Source: Octopus vulgaris
Taxonomy: Eukaryota
DNA length: 64,000 bases
Assembly: GCA_951406725.2 (NCBI GenBank)
Contig: OX597835.1
Location: 30,876,001 to 30,940,000 of the forward strand
Reading direction: 5' to 3'
Positions 45,758 through 60,193 of the stretch are shown piece after piece (positions within the stretch are counted from its first letter, which is position 1; each line of letters starts with the position of its first letter). The position numbers were made by a program, and so were the translations under genes. The notes beneath the pieces were generated by a model. The model was not told the origin of the DNA, searched no databases, and saw only the letters and a list, made by a program, of their open reading frames with translations.

Positions 45758-45828
<71 letters not shown>

Positions 45829-47588
45829 CATTCATGCATGTATATGCTTTTATACACAAACTCTCACATCATCCCCAACCCAAAGCATTCACCTAAATCA
45901 AAACGGTCCCTCTCCAATACCACTGCCACAACCACCACCACCACCCCTTCACCGCCACCACCACCACCACAGTCACGACCACCACTCGCACCGCTACCAC
46001 CATTGTCATTAAACAGCCATCTAACCTTTCTTTTCACCCACCACTACCATACCATCACAGTCACCACCACCATCATCACCATCAACAACAACAGCACCAC
46101 CACCATCTTAGTGCCTCCACAAGCAGGGCTTCTCCGCCCCCCACACTACCCCTGTAAAACATGGTCGTCGTCACCAATTCCTCACGACCCCGCTAACACC
46201 ATCGTCACTACAAACCACTCTTTTTTCCAAAACCACCACCAACACCACCACCACCTCCACCACCCCACCAACACCATCACCACCACTACGACCACCTCCA
46301 CCACTTCGACCATCCCCACTATCACCGCTATCGAGGCCACCCATCAATATTACGACAAGTCTGTGTGTCACCATTCTAATCAATCTATAAAAAGGGACCA
46401 ATTTGTCATCAATTTGATTCTCGTTTTTGGTTTATTAGGGGACTGACTTCGATCATAGGGGTAGATGAGGGGAGTGACGGTGTGTGGGAGGTGATGGGAA
46501 AAGGTGTGTGTGTGTGTCTGTGTTTGTATGTGCGTATGCATGTGCTTAGTAAGGGAGTACTTCGTTTTTATGTTAGGGTGAGTGTACAAATGTGTGCTTC
46601 TGTATGTATATGTATGTATGTTTGTCTGTATGTATGCGTGTATCTGTGTATGTATGCGTGTCTGTATGTCTGTGTGTGTGTCTGTGTGTGTGAGAGTGGG
46701 AGTGAAAAGGTCGGCATTTGATGAGAGAATAAAGCGTCTATTCATGTATAATGGATTATGTGTACGTATGTGCCTTTGTGTATGTATGTGGATGGGTGCA
46801 TCTGTGTGTACGTACGTGCGTGTGTGTGTGTTCATGTGTGTGTGCGTGCGTGTGCGCCCGCGCGTGTGTGTGTGTATTTTAGAAGACATAAGCATGTGTG
46901 ATGGAGGCTTTATGTGTTCGATGAGATTGCGCGAGTGCAAATGTGTGCACCATCTAGAAACAACAACCAAATGTCCCTCACATCACACATACTAATTTCA
47001 TACTGTTGTCTGAATAACGGATGTGATGGGCACGGCTGAAATGCCTTTGATCGCAAGTTTGCCCAAACAGAGTTGACACGTAGCAAAACAACAGAAACGG
47101 CTGTACTACTACCAACACTGGTTTCAACCCCGAATACCATCACCACAACTAGCGATATATGTACACACACTAACACTTATACGCATGCTCAAACGCAACA
47201 ACTACAAGACACATGCCTAATTATACGCCGGTAAACAGTATTATTTCAATGCCATAGGTTTAATGCAATTTATTTCACAACCTGCCGTGAGATTAAATGA
47301 GGAAAATTGAAACACATTAGGAATCTTGAAAGTGATAGATGCCTTTGATTGGTCACGTGGTCAAAGACGAGTAGTTCTTTACAATAAATGCAAAAAATTG
47401 GATTTTCTGTATTGGAGTTAACAGTAGGTATTTGGGTACTTTGATACTTTGTTAGAAAAACTGAAGGGCCGCTGCAATAGGCATGTAAATCTGACAGGAG
47501 TATATGTTGAATAAATCCATAATTAACAGGTACCCCTCCTGTATCTTCTTTTACCCGAAGCCATGAACATTTCAGCATCCTCTTGAAA

Positions 47589-48572
47589 GTATAACATAAG
47601 CAGTTTCAATTTAGAATCGAACCAGATATCTCGAGACATCTCGTAAGTATAATATAAGTAGCTTCAATTTAGAATCGAACCAGATATCTCGAGACATCTC
47701 GTAAGAATAACATAAGCAGTTTCAATTTAGAATCGAACCAGATATCTCGAGACATCTCGTAAGTATTATATAAGTAGTTTCAATTTAGAATCGAACCAGA
47801 TATCTCGAGACATCTCGTAAGTATAATATAAGTAGTTTCAATTTAGAATCGAACCAGATATCTCGAGACATCTCGTAAGTATAATATAAGTAGTTTCAAT
47901 TTAGAATCGAACCAGATATCTCGAGACATCTCGTAAGTATAACATAAGCAGTTTCAATTTAGAATCGAACCAGATATCTCGAGACATCTCGTAAGTATAA
48001 TATAAGCAGTTTCAATTTAGAATCGAACCAGATATGTCGAGACATCTCGTAAGTATAAAATAAGCAGTTTCAATTTAGGATCGAACCAGATATCTCGAGA
48101 CATCTCGTAAGTATAATATAAGTAGTTTCAATTTAGAATCGAACCAGATATCTCGAGACATCTCGTAAGTATAAAATAAGCAGTTTCAATTTAGAATCGA
48201 ACCAGATATCTCGAGACATCTCGTAAGTATAATATAAGTAGTTTCAATTTAGAATCGAACCAGATATGTCGAGACATCTCGTAAGTATAAAATAAGCAGT
48301 TTCAATTTAGGAATCGAACCAGATATCTCGAGACATCTCGTAAGTATAATATAAGTAGTTTCAATTTAGAATCGAACCAGATATCTCGAGACATCTCGTA
48401 AGTATAATATAAGCAGTTTCAATTTAGAATCGAACCAGATATCTCGAGACATCTCGTAAGTATAAAATAAGTAGTTTCAATTTAGGAATCGAACCAGATA
48501 TCTCGAGACATCTCGTAAGTAATAATATAAGTAGTTTCAATTTAGAATCGAACCAGATATGTCGAGACATCT
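47589..48572. repeat. 58-bp minisatellite, 17 copies (last incomplete)
   Basis: Unit gtataatataagtagtttcaatttagaatcgaaccagatatctcgagacatctcgtaa starting at 47589, 47647, 47705 ... 48519. Confidence 0.97.
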
Positions 48573-49199
48573 TGCAAAGCGATTTTAGTTGTTTCTATGG
48601 CGTCTTGCATCAAAATTAATTCAAAATGTGGAAATCACAAATTGACAAAGCAATAAGCTGAATATTTTCGACGTTTTATAGCCTGCTTTCAATTTTCTTT
48701 GCATTTAAATATATTTCAATTTAACATTTAACATTTTACGTGATATATATTGAATTAAGTATGTACGTTTCTAGCATCTAACCACATGCGTACACACACA
48801 CGTGCACATAGAGACGAAATGCGACAGAAAGATATATATATATATGTAAGCATGTAGAAATACGTATTATATACATAGAGAGAGATTTAGATAGATAGAT
48901 TAGTAGATAGCTAAATATATATAGATATAGGTATAGATAAACACACGTATAAAATTTACACACAAACACAAACTTACATATGCACATATATGCATACACA
49001 TATTTTATTTCTATATACACGCACATAAATAGTAATATAACTCATCAATGTATCTATCTGTACCTACATTTTGTAATCATACATATAGCTACAGACGTAT
49101 AAGGATACATGTACTCATATAATATATATATATATATATATATATAGTTGCATGCATAGATAGGCACATAGACATACACACGTATGCACAAATATATAC

Positions 49200-49237
<38 letters not shown>

Positions 49238-49244
49238 TTCTATT

Positions 49245-49487
49245 CTTTCACTCTTATGCCTGTTTCAGTCGTTTGACTGCGGTCATGCTGGAGTAACACC
49301 TTTTAGTCGAGCAAATCGACCCCAGGACTTATTCTTTGCAAGCCTAGTACTTATTCTATCGGTCTCTTTTACCGAACCGTTAAGTTACGGGGACATAAAC
49401 ACACTAGCATCGGTTGTCAAGCGACAGTGGGGGACAAACACAGACACACAAATACATACACACACACACGCACAAACTCACACACAC

Positions 49488-49564
<77 letters not shown>

Positions 49565-49721
49565 CGACGGGTTTCTTTCAGTCTCCGTCTACCAAATCCA
49601 CTCACAAGGCTTTGGTCGGCTCGAGGCTATAATAGAAGACACTTACCCAAGGTGTCACGCAGTGGGACTGGACTCCGAACCGTGTGTTTGGTAAGCAAGT
49701 TACTTACCACACAACCACGCC
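49245..49721 (-). mobile_element. SINE family 1
   Basis: Colinear with other copies; expanded internal (CA)n. Confidence 0.9.
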
Positions 49722-49749
49722 ATATATATATTTATGTACGTATGCATAT

Positions 49750-50030
49750 ATTCATTCATTGTGCCTTGTGGCACTTGAGGCAACAGCAAGATCCGTTCAC
49801 CTTCTAACACGGAAAGCGTCATTGACAGCTTATTCCATTGGTAACACTCTGCTTTTAAGATCTTTTGTTATTTTTCTCCGCCACGTTTCCTTTGGTCGGC
49901 CACGTCTTCTTTTACCTTGCGGAGCCCATTATTGCAAAGCGATCGTGACAATTGAGTTCAGTTTCTAGGGTTAAACTTGACCCAGTCATTTCCATTTCCT
50001 TGCTTCAATAGTTTTCCTTTCTGGTTTCAC
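49750..50030 (-). mobile_element. 3' fragment of an RTE-clade LINE
   Basis: Minus strand ARKWK*LGQV...WAPQGKRRRGRPKETWRRKITKDL, typical of the RTE C-terminus; contains stops. Confidence 0.75.
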
Positions 50031-50059
50031 GTTAGCCTTGGTACGTAGTCGCATATGTG

Positions 50060-50223
50060 GGAACAGGACGTCATGAAACGTGTACAACAAAACAGTACGA
50101 AGCACGAGTACATGGAACATGAACTATTCTTTCGAACAACGAAAGACACAAATGGAAACCAAAACAAACATAAAGAAAGACCCTTCATCAGTTGTTGGCT
50201 GTGTTTCTAGACTCGTATTTCGA

Positions 50224-50227
<4 letters not shown>
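50060..50227. mobile_element. Short interspersed repeat next to (TA)n; second copy at about 56017-56175
   Basis: Shared acaggacgtca...acaacga...acaaatggaaa...aacataaagaa.gaccctt...atttcgagcat. Confidence 0.65.
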
Positions 50228-50276
<49 letters not shown>

Positions 50277-50314
50277 AATATAAATAAATATGTAGATGCA
50301 TATACATGCACCCT

Positions 50315-50376
<62 letters not shown>

Positions 50377-50466
50377 TATTAGTCTGTCTGTTTGTCCATC
50401 TGTCATTCTTTCTCTCGCTTTCTATGTCTCTACGTCTATCTGCCAGCCTATCTATCTACCCATCTA

Positions 50467-50588
<122 letters not shown>

Positions 50589-50701
50589 CCTCTTTCGATT
50601 TATATTTCTTCTCTCTTAGCTTCTCACTGTAATTTATTATTCGTCTTCACTTCCTTGTTCTTCACTTCAACCTCGCTCTTAACAACAATAACATCACCAT
50701 T

Positions 50702-50733
<32 letters not shown>

Positions 50734-51001
50734 CAACAACAATAACAACAACAGCAACAAAGGCAACAACAACAACACTGAAAGTAATACCAGCAGCAAT
50801 AATGATGCAATGAATCTCGCTTTATGTAGTCATTAGAAACCAATTACTGCTATGTCTAGCGGGGGGAGGATCTGAGGTGGAAGTGAGGGATATGGGATGA
50901 GGAGAGGGGAAAGTGTTGAAGTGATCACGTGTGCGGGGTGGGGTTTCCCGTGATTATATAGTAAACGGGTGGCATACCGAATACTATTGGCAGTGAAGTA
51001 G

Positions 51002-51602
51002 TTGTTGTTAATGGATTATGATGGCGGTTGTGGAGGTGCTGGTGATGGTGGAAGTGGTGGTGGTGGTAGTTGTGGTGGTAGTGGTTGTGGAGGTGTTGTT
51101 GGTGGTGTTGGTTGTGGTGGTGGTGGTAGTGGTGGTAGTGGTGGTGGTGGTGGTGGTGGTGGTGGTGGTGGTGGTGGTGGTGGCATCGGTAGTGGTGGAA
51201 GTGGTGTTGGTAGTTGTGGTGGTAGTGGTTGTGGAGGTGATGTTGTTGATGGTGGTGTTGGTGGTTGTGGTGGTGGTGGTGGTGGCATCGGTAATGGTGA
51301 AAGTGGTGGTGGTGGTGGTAGTTGTGGTGGTAGTGGTTGTGGAAGTATTGTTGGTGGTGTTGGTGGTATTGGTGTTGTTGTTGTTGTTGTTGGTTGTGGT
51401 GGTGGTGCTGGTGGTGGCATCGGTAATGGTGGAAAGTGGTTGTGGTAGTTGGGGTGGTAGTGGTTGTGGAGGTGTTGTTGTTGTTGATGTTTTTGTTGTT
51501 ATTGGTGGTGGTGGTATCGGTAGTAGTGGAAGTGGTGGTGGTGGTTGTGGTGGTAGTGGTTGTAGTGGTAGTGGTTGTGGTGGTGGTGGTCGTGGTGGTC
51601 GT
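51002..51602. repeat. (GGT/GTT)-rich compound repeat with ~120-bp higher-order periodicity
   Basis: ggcatcggta(g/a)tggtg at about 51182, 51284 and 51416; ggtagtggttgtgga recurs. Confidence 0.85.
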
Positions 51603-52037
51603 GCTGATTGTAGGCTATGACCAGAGTCGGGGCATCGTAAGTACAGGCAACGAGATACAGTGAGAGTGACGTGGGGAGGGGAAAGAAAGATAGGTAAAGT
51701 GTGTGAGAGTGGCTTTAAAGGGAAAAGATTCATGTTAGAGAGGAAGGGAATGAGTGAGGGTGTGAGTAAGGTGAATAGGGTGAGAGTAGTTGATGCGTGT
51801 GAATGAAATATAAGGAAAGACAAAGATGAAAGAGAGATGAAAGAGTAAAAGAAAGGGGACAAAAAAAAAAAAAGGAAAAGAACTGATATCTCAGAGAGTG
51901 AGAGTTGGTATGAGATGTATGGAAGGACAGAAGAATAAGTGACAGACGATGGCTCTACGAGACGTGAATGAAATGAAGAGAGGGAAAGTGAAAGATTGTA
52001 GCAAAATATATACGCACAGAGATGTATATATGTGTGT

Positions 52038-52112
<75 letters not shown>

Positions 52113-52505
52113 TGTATGGCTAGAATCTTTCACTTTTCCTCCATTCATTTCACCTAGGTTCCGTAGAACAATCACCTGTCTCTTATTCTTCTGTCCTTCC
52201 ATGTATATGTATATATACATACACACACACACACTCAAACACTCACACACAAACACACATATAGATAGATAGAGAGATTCATACATACATACATACATAC
52301 ATACATAAACACACACACACATGCACGCATGCACGCACATACACACAAACACATACACATGTGTTTGCTGAAATAAAGTTTGCACCACGTGACAAAACAT
52401 GAACATATACATGTGTGTGTGTGTGTGTGTGTTTATGCATGCATGTATGTATGTATGTATGTATGTATGTATGTATGTATGTATTTATGTATGTATGTAT
52501 GTATG

Positions 52506-52543
<38 letters not shown>

Positions 52544-52866
52544 ATGTGTGTTTGTGTGTGAGTGTTTGAGTGCATGTGTGTATGTATATATACATGTGTA
52601 TACATATATACATGGAAGGACACGTGCATAGAACACATGCACGCATAAATACATGTAAATGTGTTTTGACACTACGGAGCAATTGGGCACCTGGGTTTGG
52701 TATATGTTTGTGATAAGAATTTTACCGATGGAAGCACTTCAGAAGTTAGTCCTAACCGTATGTAAGTACGTATGCATGTATATATTCAAGTAAGTATGTA
52801 TGTATGTACGTATATCTGTGTGTGTATAGTGCTTACATACTGTCTTCCCCTATCTGTGTATACATG

Positions 52867-52924
<58 letters not shown>

Positions 52925-54272
52925 TGTATGTATGTATGTTTGGTGTGAATTGATGGATATCGATCAGAAATAGGTAGAGTAATAGTTCAGGAGATGAAGT
53001 GAGAATAAGCGAAGATGTTAAAGAGGACCGTAGAAAGATGGTCGGGAATTGTGGAATAGAATAACGGTGGGTGAAGTAGGGAGAGGGGGTGATAGGGATA
53101 TGTGTGTGTGTGTTTGTGTGCGTGTGATTATGTTTGTGTGAGTGTAAGATTCCGTACGTTAAGTGAGAGAAAGAGAGAGGGAGCAAGTATGAGAGAGGGA
53201 ACAAGCAAGTGAGAGAGAGAGAGAGATAGAGAAGGAGAGCAAGATAGGGAGAGAGAGAAAATGAGTGAGAAGGAGACAGGGAGAGAGACGAGAATGTGAG
53301 ATAATTATTGTTTTAGAATCGCAATTACAACCTTCTGTTGGCACTCAGGAGTTTACAGAATTCCGTGTGCATGTGTGAATGGGTGTGGAAGTACGAATAT
53401 ATGCGTGCGTGTGTGTGTGTGTGTGTGTGTATTTGTGGATGTGCATTTGCAGCTGTCTGTTTGTGTATGCGTTTGTATGAAGATGTGGGTAGTCATGTGT
53501 ATATGTGCATATAAATGGTTAAAAGTATGTATGTAGACGCGTGTGTTCTTATATATATATATATACACACACATATATATATATATATATATATTACACT
53601 TATATCTATATATAAGTGTGTATATACGCATATGTATATGCTTGTGTGTATCCACTAATGTGCGTGCGTATAGACATTGGTGCACGTGTATGCACCTGTA
53701 ATTGCTTGCGAGCGTATATGTTCATGTGCTTCATATATATATATATATATATATATACATACATACATACATGCATACATACTTACATACATACACACAT
53801 ACATATATACATACATACTTACATACATACGTACATACATACATACACATACAAACACATATACATACATGTATATGTGTGTATGTACATGTCTACTTGT
53901 GTATGTACGCATGTGTAAGTTTGTATGCATATATGCAAGTGTACTTGTGTGTATATGCATGTATGCGTTTATTCCTGGACATTCATGTATATGAGCTTGT
54001 ATTTCATTGCAGGTGCGTGCATTTGCGCATGACTATGTCAGCCAATATGTAGGTTTATGGGTTTAAAGTGGATTAGCGTGTGTATGTGGGAAGAATTTGC
54101 CTGATCTATGTGTCTCTGTCTGGTTTATTTATCTGTATATCTATCTATCTATATATCTATCTATTTATGTATCTATCTATTTATGTATCTATCTATTTAT
54201 GTATCTATATATCAATCTCCCTACTATTTATCTGTATGCATATATATATATATATATATATATACCTGTCTT

Positions 54273-54330
<58 letters not shown>

Positions 54331-54382
54331 AATCTATCTATCTATTTAACTCTCTATCTAGCCAACCCTCTATATTCCTACA

Positions 54383-54492
<110 letters not shown>

Positions 54493-54558
54493 TATACATA
54501 TATATATATATATACATATATATATATGTGTATATATATATATATATGTATGTGTGTG

Positions 54559-54606
<48 letters not shown>

Positions 54607-54698
54607 GTGTGCGTGTGTGTGTAAGACCTTATTCTCTATAACTGTATTTCTCTGTCCTTCATTTTGCCTTTCTTCCTCTGTTTCTGCTACAATTTCTG

Positions 54699-54734
<36 letters not shown>

Positions 54735-54762
54735 ACTCTAGCTCTCTCTTTCTTTCTTTCTT

Positions 54763-54798
<36 letters not shown>

Positions 54799-56221
54799 TC
54801 TCTTCCACCAGCTCCATCCAATATATCTTTTACTGAATAATGCATTCAGAGACACGCATACTCACACACACATACACACATACACTCATACACACACATT
54901 AACACACATAAACACATACACACAGACACATATACACACTTACACACACATATACACACATACACACACACAGAAAAATACTCTAACATACACTCTTTTC
55001 TCCCCTTTTCCACATTCGTTCGTCCACCCCTGGCACATGGCTCACCCACCCGCCGCCAAACGCCATATACGTCCACTTCCACCACCATCGCCATCAACAT
55101 AACAACTACTACCACCACCAGCCACTCCACCGCCACCACCTTCGCAATCAATTTAACCTCAATCAGCATCAACGCCAACATCACCACCAACTCCATGCGC
55201 CCAGAAACTAGCCCCACCGCCATCATCCCCATCATCATCACCACCATAAGCACCATCAACACAACCACCAATTCAATCTCAGTTATTACCAACACCAGCA
55301 TCACCATCAACACCACCAGAAACAGCAGAACCAGCACCAACACCACCACCGCCAACACCACCTCTAACATCTCCTCCACCACCTCCACCAATTCCTCCAC
55401 CATTACCACCACCTTCACCGACACCACCACCACCGACCCCCACCATCACTAACTCAACCATAACCCACACCACTCCGAACATTACCAGCTTGCCATCACC
55501 ACCAACAGCAACAAAGTCACCACCACCACCACCAACATCACCAACAACACTACCACCACCACAACCACTACCAACAACAACATCAACAACAACATCGCCA
55601 ACGCCACCCCTATTGCAACCACCTTCCTTTGACATCCTCCCTATTCGATCAATAACCCCATCTCTATCATTGAACAGACCAATCAACGTTGACACTCTGT
55701 AAGTGCTCAGACAATTATAGCGTATTTCTGCCATCTTGCTTTCCATTTCCTCTCCCCTACTCTTTCTCACACCTCCCTTTGCCCTCCTATCACACCATTT
55801 TGTACGTTCCCAACTCTTCCTTCCTCCCACCTATCATTATCTTATCTTTATCATTTTCGCTACGACTGCTGGGTAACACTAACTGACGTCATCAACACTC
55901 ACAATTCCGCCATATTCTCTGCATTTCCAGCGCGTATATTTATGTCACATTCTAATTTACACCCGTACATATATATATATATATATATACATATATGTAC
56001 ACATATGCATATAAGGGTACAGGACGTCACCGTCAGTAAACAACATGAAATATGAAAAAAAAAATGAGTTCAATAGACAGACAACGAGAGAAACAAATGG
56101 AAAACAGGACAAGTAACATAAAGAACGACCCTTTATCATTTATCGGTTGTCTATCTACTCCTGATTTCGAGCATTGTATGTATATATATAAATATATAAA
56201 TATATATATATATATATATAA

Positions 56222-56286
<65 letters not shown>

Positions 56287-56358
56287 TAATGCAATACTAG
56301 AGTATTGCTTTCCAGTAAAAAGTAGCCCGTGAGGGAAAAATATACAAAGAAGTAAATA

Positions 56359-56441
56359 AATGTTTGGCTGATGAAGATAGATCAAGTTTATGGGTGGCAG
56401 ACATATCTTGAAAAATCTGAAACCTGCGCAGGTCCCACATT
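56359..56441 (+). ncRNA. Type I hammerhead ribozyme with a canonical core
   Basis: AAUG UU UGG-CUGAUGA(56368-74)-AGAU..UCAAG..CUUGA..AUCU-GAAA(56419-22)-CCUGCGCAGG-UC(56434)-CCA CAUU; all three stems pair. Confidence 0.85.
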
Positions 56442-56627
56442 ATCCTTTTCCAGGTATTTCATCTTTCAGATGTTCTCCCTGGAGGTAAGACAATTTTTTC
56501 TAGTTTGTTGCACACACGCATTTTTGCTAGTACATACGCGGTGAAGCTATACATTAGCGTCGTATTATTACGTTCGCTATTTCCAGTAAATATCGGTGCT
56601 TCGTTGTGCCATATATTTACTTCTTTG

Positions 56628-56686
<59 letters not shown>

Positions 56687-56690
<4 letters not shown>

Positions 56691-56872
56691 AGAATTTACG
56701 AAAAAAACAAAAAACGAAGATAGGTGGTGTACAAAACATACAGATGTATTAGTATAACGCTCAGGAATAGAAAAAGTCTTTTTGGTTTCGAGCCTAAGCA
56801 CTTCTACAGAAAGGGACACATGAAAAACAAAGAAGAAACAAGGAGGGAAAAAAATGTGTGTAGTGGCTAACG

Positions 56873-56875
<3 letters not shown>
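56687..56875 (-). mobile_element. Short Penelope-like element in (TA)n with a decayed HHR (56777-56813)
   Basis: Homologous to 25988-26225; CUUU-CUGUAGAA-GUGC UUAG GCUC-GAAA CCAA-AAAG. Confidence 0.65.
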
Positions 56876-56933
<58 letters not shown>

Positions 56934-57108
56934 TATATATGTATATATGTGTGTACATATGTATATGTATGTGTATATGTATGTATATTTATGTATATAT
57001 ATATATATAATATACATATATAATATACATGTATAGTTATATATATATATACACATGCATGCATATAGATATATATGAACATATACGTATATATATATAC
57101 ATACATAT

Positions 57109-57156
<48 letters not shown>

Positions 57157-57187
57157 GTATATATATAATTATACATATGCATGTATG

Positions 57188-57218
<31 letters not shown>

Positions 57219-57299
57219 GTACCTCGGCATGTATCTAGGAAAGCATTATCTCTTTCTCTCCCTCTCGCTCTCTCTCTCGCTCTCTCTCTCGCTCTCTCT

Positions 57300-57348
<49 letters not shown>

Positions 57349-57360
57349 CACAGATACATT

Positions 57361-57416
<56 letters not shown>

Positions 57417-57422
<6 letters not shown>

Positions 57423-58640
57423 TGGCAAGAAAGTAATTTCGGTTTATTAGAGTGAAATAAAACTCTTTTTTTTTTCATACAGAGAATGAACTTTAATCAA
57501 TTATATATTTTCCATTTTGTTCGATGGACCTTTTGCCATCTTTCACCCAACTACATGATTCCGCGCTCATCGAACTTCTGGTCCTTATCAGCGAAAAACT
57601 GAAGCAAGTGCAATTTCATGTCATCATCAATATTGAAAGTTTTACTATTGAAAGAATGTTTCAAACTTAGAAATAAATGGTAATCTGATGGTGCAGGGTC
57701 AGGGTCACTTCCCAACTAAGCTCCAATAATTTATCACGGGTTAGCAAAGACGTGTGTGGTCTAGCGTTGTCGTGGTGGAATTTGATTCCTTTACGATTTG
57801 CCAATTCTGGCGGTTTTTCTTTGATTGCTCCCTCCAGTTTCATTAGTAAACATCTGAATTAATCATTTGGTTCCTTGGAAGCAGCTCAAAATACACAACA
57901 CCTTTGTAATCCTACCAAATTGACTGCATGGCCTTATTTTGATGCAATTCAGCTTTCAATGTGGTTCGTGCTGGTTCATTACGCTTGGACCATGATCGTT
58001 TTCGATTGATGTTGTTTTAGACAATCCATTTGTCATCACCAGTGATGAATCATTTCAAAATACAGGTCGATTTCATCGCAAATATTGATTCGTTGTGTTA
58101 AGTGAATCTCTTTCAATTTATGTGGAACCCAAATATCGAGTTTCTCAACGATTCCAAGACATTTTAAGTGATTTTCTATTGTTGTGTGTGATACATTTAA
58201 CCTCTCTATAATCTCTCGCATAGTTATACGACAATCAGATTCAATTATGGCTTTGATTCAGTCATCATCAACTTCAGTAGGTCGACCAGAACGTTGGTCA
58301 CCCTTAAGGGAAAAAATCTCAAGAACGGAATTTTTAAAACTATTTCTGATATGTGCGTTCTTTTAAGCAATCAACACCATAAACTTCACATATCTCTTTG
58401 TGAGGCTCAGCAGCTTTCTTGTCTTTACGGAAATCAAAACACACCAAATGTTCGATATTGCACTTCATGTAAAAATGTACGCTGAACTTTAAATGAAATT
58501 ATGCGTAATTTGCTTCTGAAATAAGCTAAAAGTAACGGCTATCAAATGTTAAAAGGAAAAAGTTATAACATTGAAAAAAAGTAATTCCAAAATTCGTAGC
58601 TCTGTTTGCGGAAAACAAAATTATTTTCTTGTCAACCCAA
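57417..58640 (-). mobile_element. Near-full-length decayed mariner (DD34D) transposon
   Basis: TIRs tagggttggcaagaaagtaatt / ttgggttgacaagaaaataatt with TA flanks; motifs WVPHKL, ITGDDKW, FHHDNARPHT, PDPAPSDYHLF; stops and deletions. Confidence 0.93.
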
Positions 58641-58799
58641 TATATATACATACATACAAATATAAATGTATATATTTTGATAGATAGATGGTTTTGTAGC
58701 TGTGTGTGTTTGCGTGCGCTGTGTATTCGTAAGATGGTCGTGGCGGTTGTGGTACTCTTCTTGGGGAGGGTGGTGCCGATGGTGTTGCTGTTGTTGTTG

Positions 58800-59285
58800 G
58801 TCACGCTGAAGATGTACTACAGTGTCAGCTGTGAACTAAGGTAACACTTCTTATTCCGGAGTATTCGAGCGGTTCCAAACTGCTGTTTTCTGCAAGTTCT
58901 CCATCATTATTGCAGCCCCTATTTGTTCCACGTACGTCTCGAGATCTTTGCTCACTGTTCCCAGTGCTCCGAAAATCATTGGTACCGTTGCTACCTTTTT
59001 CATTGACCACAACTGCTTAACTGTCCAAGCCAACCTTGTCATATCTTTCGATTTTTCTTTCTTCCTTATCGCATACACTGTTGTCAGCTGGGCATGCTAT
59101 ATCTATGAACCAGCATAGTTTGTTTTCTTTCTAAATTAAGACTACGACTGGCTTCCGATTCTCTATCTCATGGTCGCACTGAATCATAAAATCCCATAGG
59201 ATCTTTGCATTTTAATATTCAGTGATGCCCTCGGGTGAGTGGTCGTACCAATTTTTTGCTCTGTCAAGTTCATACCTGTTGCATT
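58800..59285 (-). mobile_element. RLE LINE 3' fragment, family D
   Basis: Homologous to about 63175-63650; KILWDFMIQCDHEIENRKP..IDIACPAD..LWSMKKV..PMIFGALGTV. Confidence 0.9.
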
Positions 59286-59301
59286 GTTGTTATTATTATT
59301 A

Positions 59302-59770
59302 TTGTATGTTTTCCTTTTGCTTAGTATTTGTACAAGTAGACTCTAAGTTTCACCCAGAGACCTCAAGAGACAAATTAGAAGTTCATGTTGGTGTTATGCC
59401 TAGGGTGCTACATATTTTATTTTGCACTTAGTATTGTTTTAGAGAATGTTTAAAGAAACAAGAACATTATGAGTTTATTTTAAAATCTGAGATTACATAG
59501 ACAGTATTTTATGTAGGATATGGGCAGTTCCTATGAGCACTATCTTTGAATGTCTGCCATTTTGAGGCTTCCTCGTATCTGAGCTAGGTAGCAATCAACC
59601 CTTTTTGCTATCATTCTTAGGATACCTTTGACAACAGGTTATGTTCTAGTCTTGAGGCTCCACATTTTGCCAATCTCTATTCCAAGATCTTATACTTACT
59701 CAGTTTTTGGTAGGTCTTGACAGATACATTTATATCGTTTTGGACAGTCATATCAATAACAAGGCATGAC
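59302..59770 (-). mobile_element. RLE LINE 3' fragment, family B
   Basis: CLVIDMTV..QKLSKYK..EIGKMWSLKT..IGTAHILHKILSM*; 3' end abuts (ATT)n. Confidence 0.85.
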
Positions 59771-59964
59771 TATATTTTATTGTTCTGCTCTATTACCAGA
59801 GTATTGCTAGTGCGATCTTCCTCTTTTGAATTATATTTTGGTTTCGTTTCTCGAAGGTCTCTATATGCTGTGCACTGCAGATTATTTAAGTGTCACGTGG
59901 CTGTAGTTTATTGCAAATTATTCCCTTAATCTAAGTTTAGGATTAGCAACAACAGCTTCCTCCA

Positions 59965-60108
59965 ATTCTTATTCTTCTTCTTCCATTTCTTCTTCTTCTT
60001 CTTCTTCTTCTTCTTCTTCTTCTTCTTCTTCTTCTTCTTCTTCTTCTTCTTCTTCTTCTTCTTCTTCTCCTCCTCCTCCTTCTTCTTCTTCTTCTTCTTC
60101 TTCTTCTT

Positions 60109-60193
<85 letters not shown>

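Noticed and set aside
47343-47366. ERSE/CLEAR-like site ctttgattggtcacgtggtcaaag
   Set aside because: Imperfect match to either consensus and no nearby gene start
47589-48572. CRISPR array (units contain GTTTCAAT and a palindrome)
   Set aside because: The entire 58-bp unit repeats with no unique spacers; no cas genes; eukaryotic context
50130-50227. Hammerhead on the minus strand (CUGAUGAA with nearby GAAA)
   Set aside because: Could not form stems I and III in either permutation
51002-51620. Gly/Cys-rich structural protein or Pro/Thr mucin-like exon
   Set aside because: A GGT repeat open in nearly all frames; no signal peptide or exon boundaries seen
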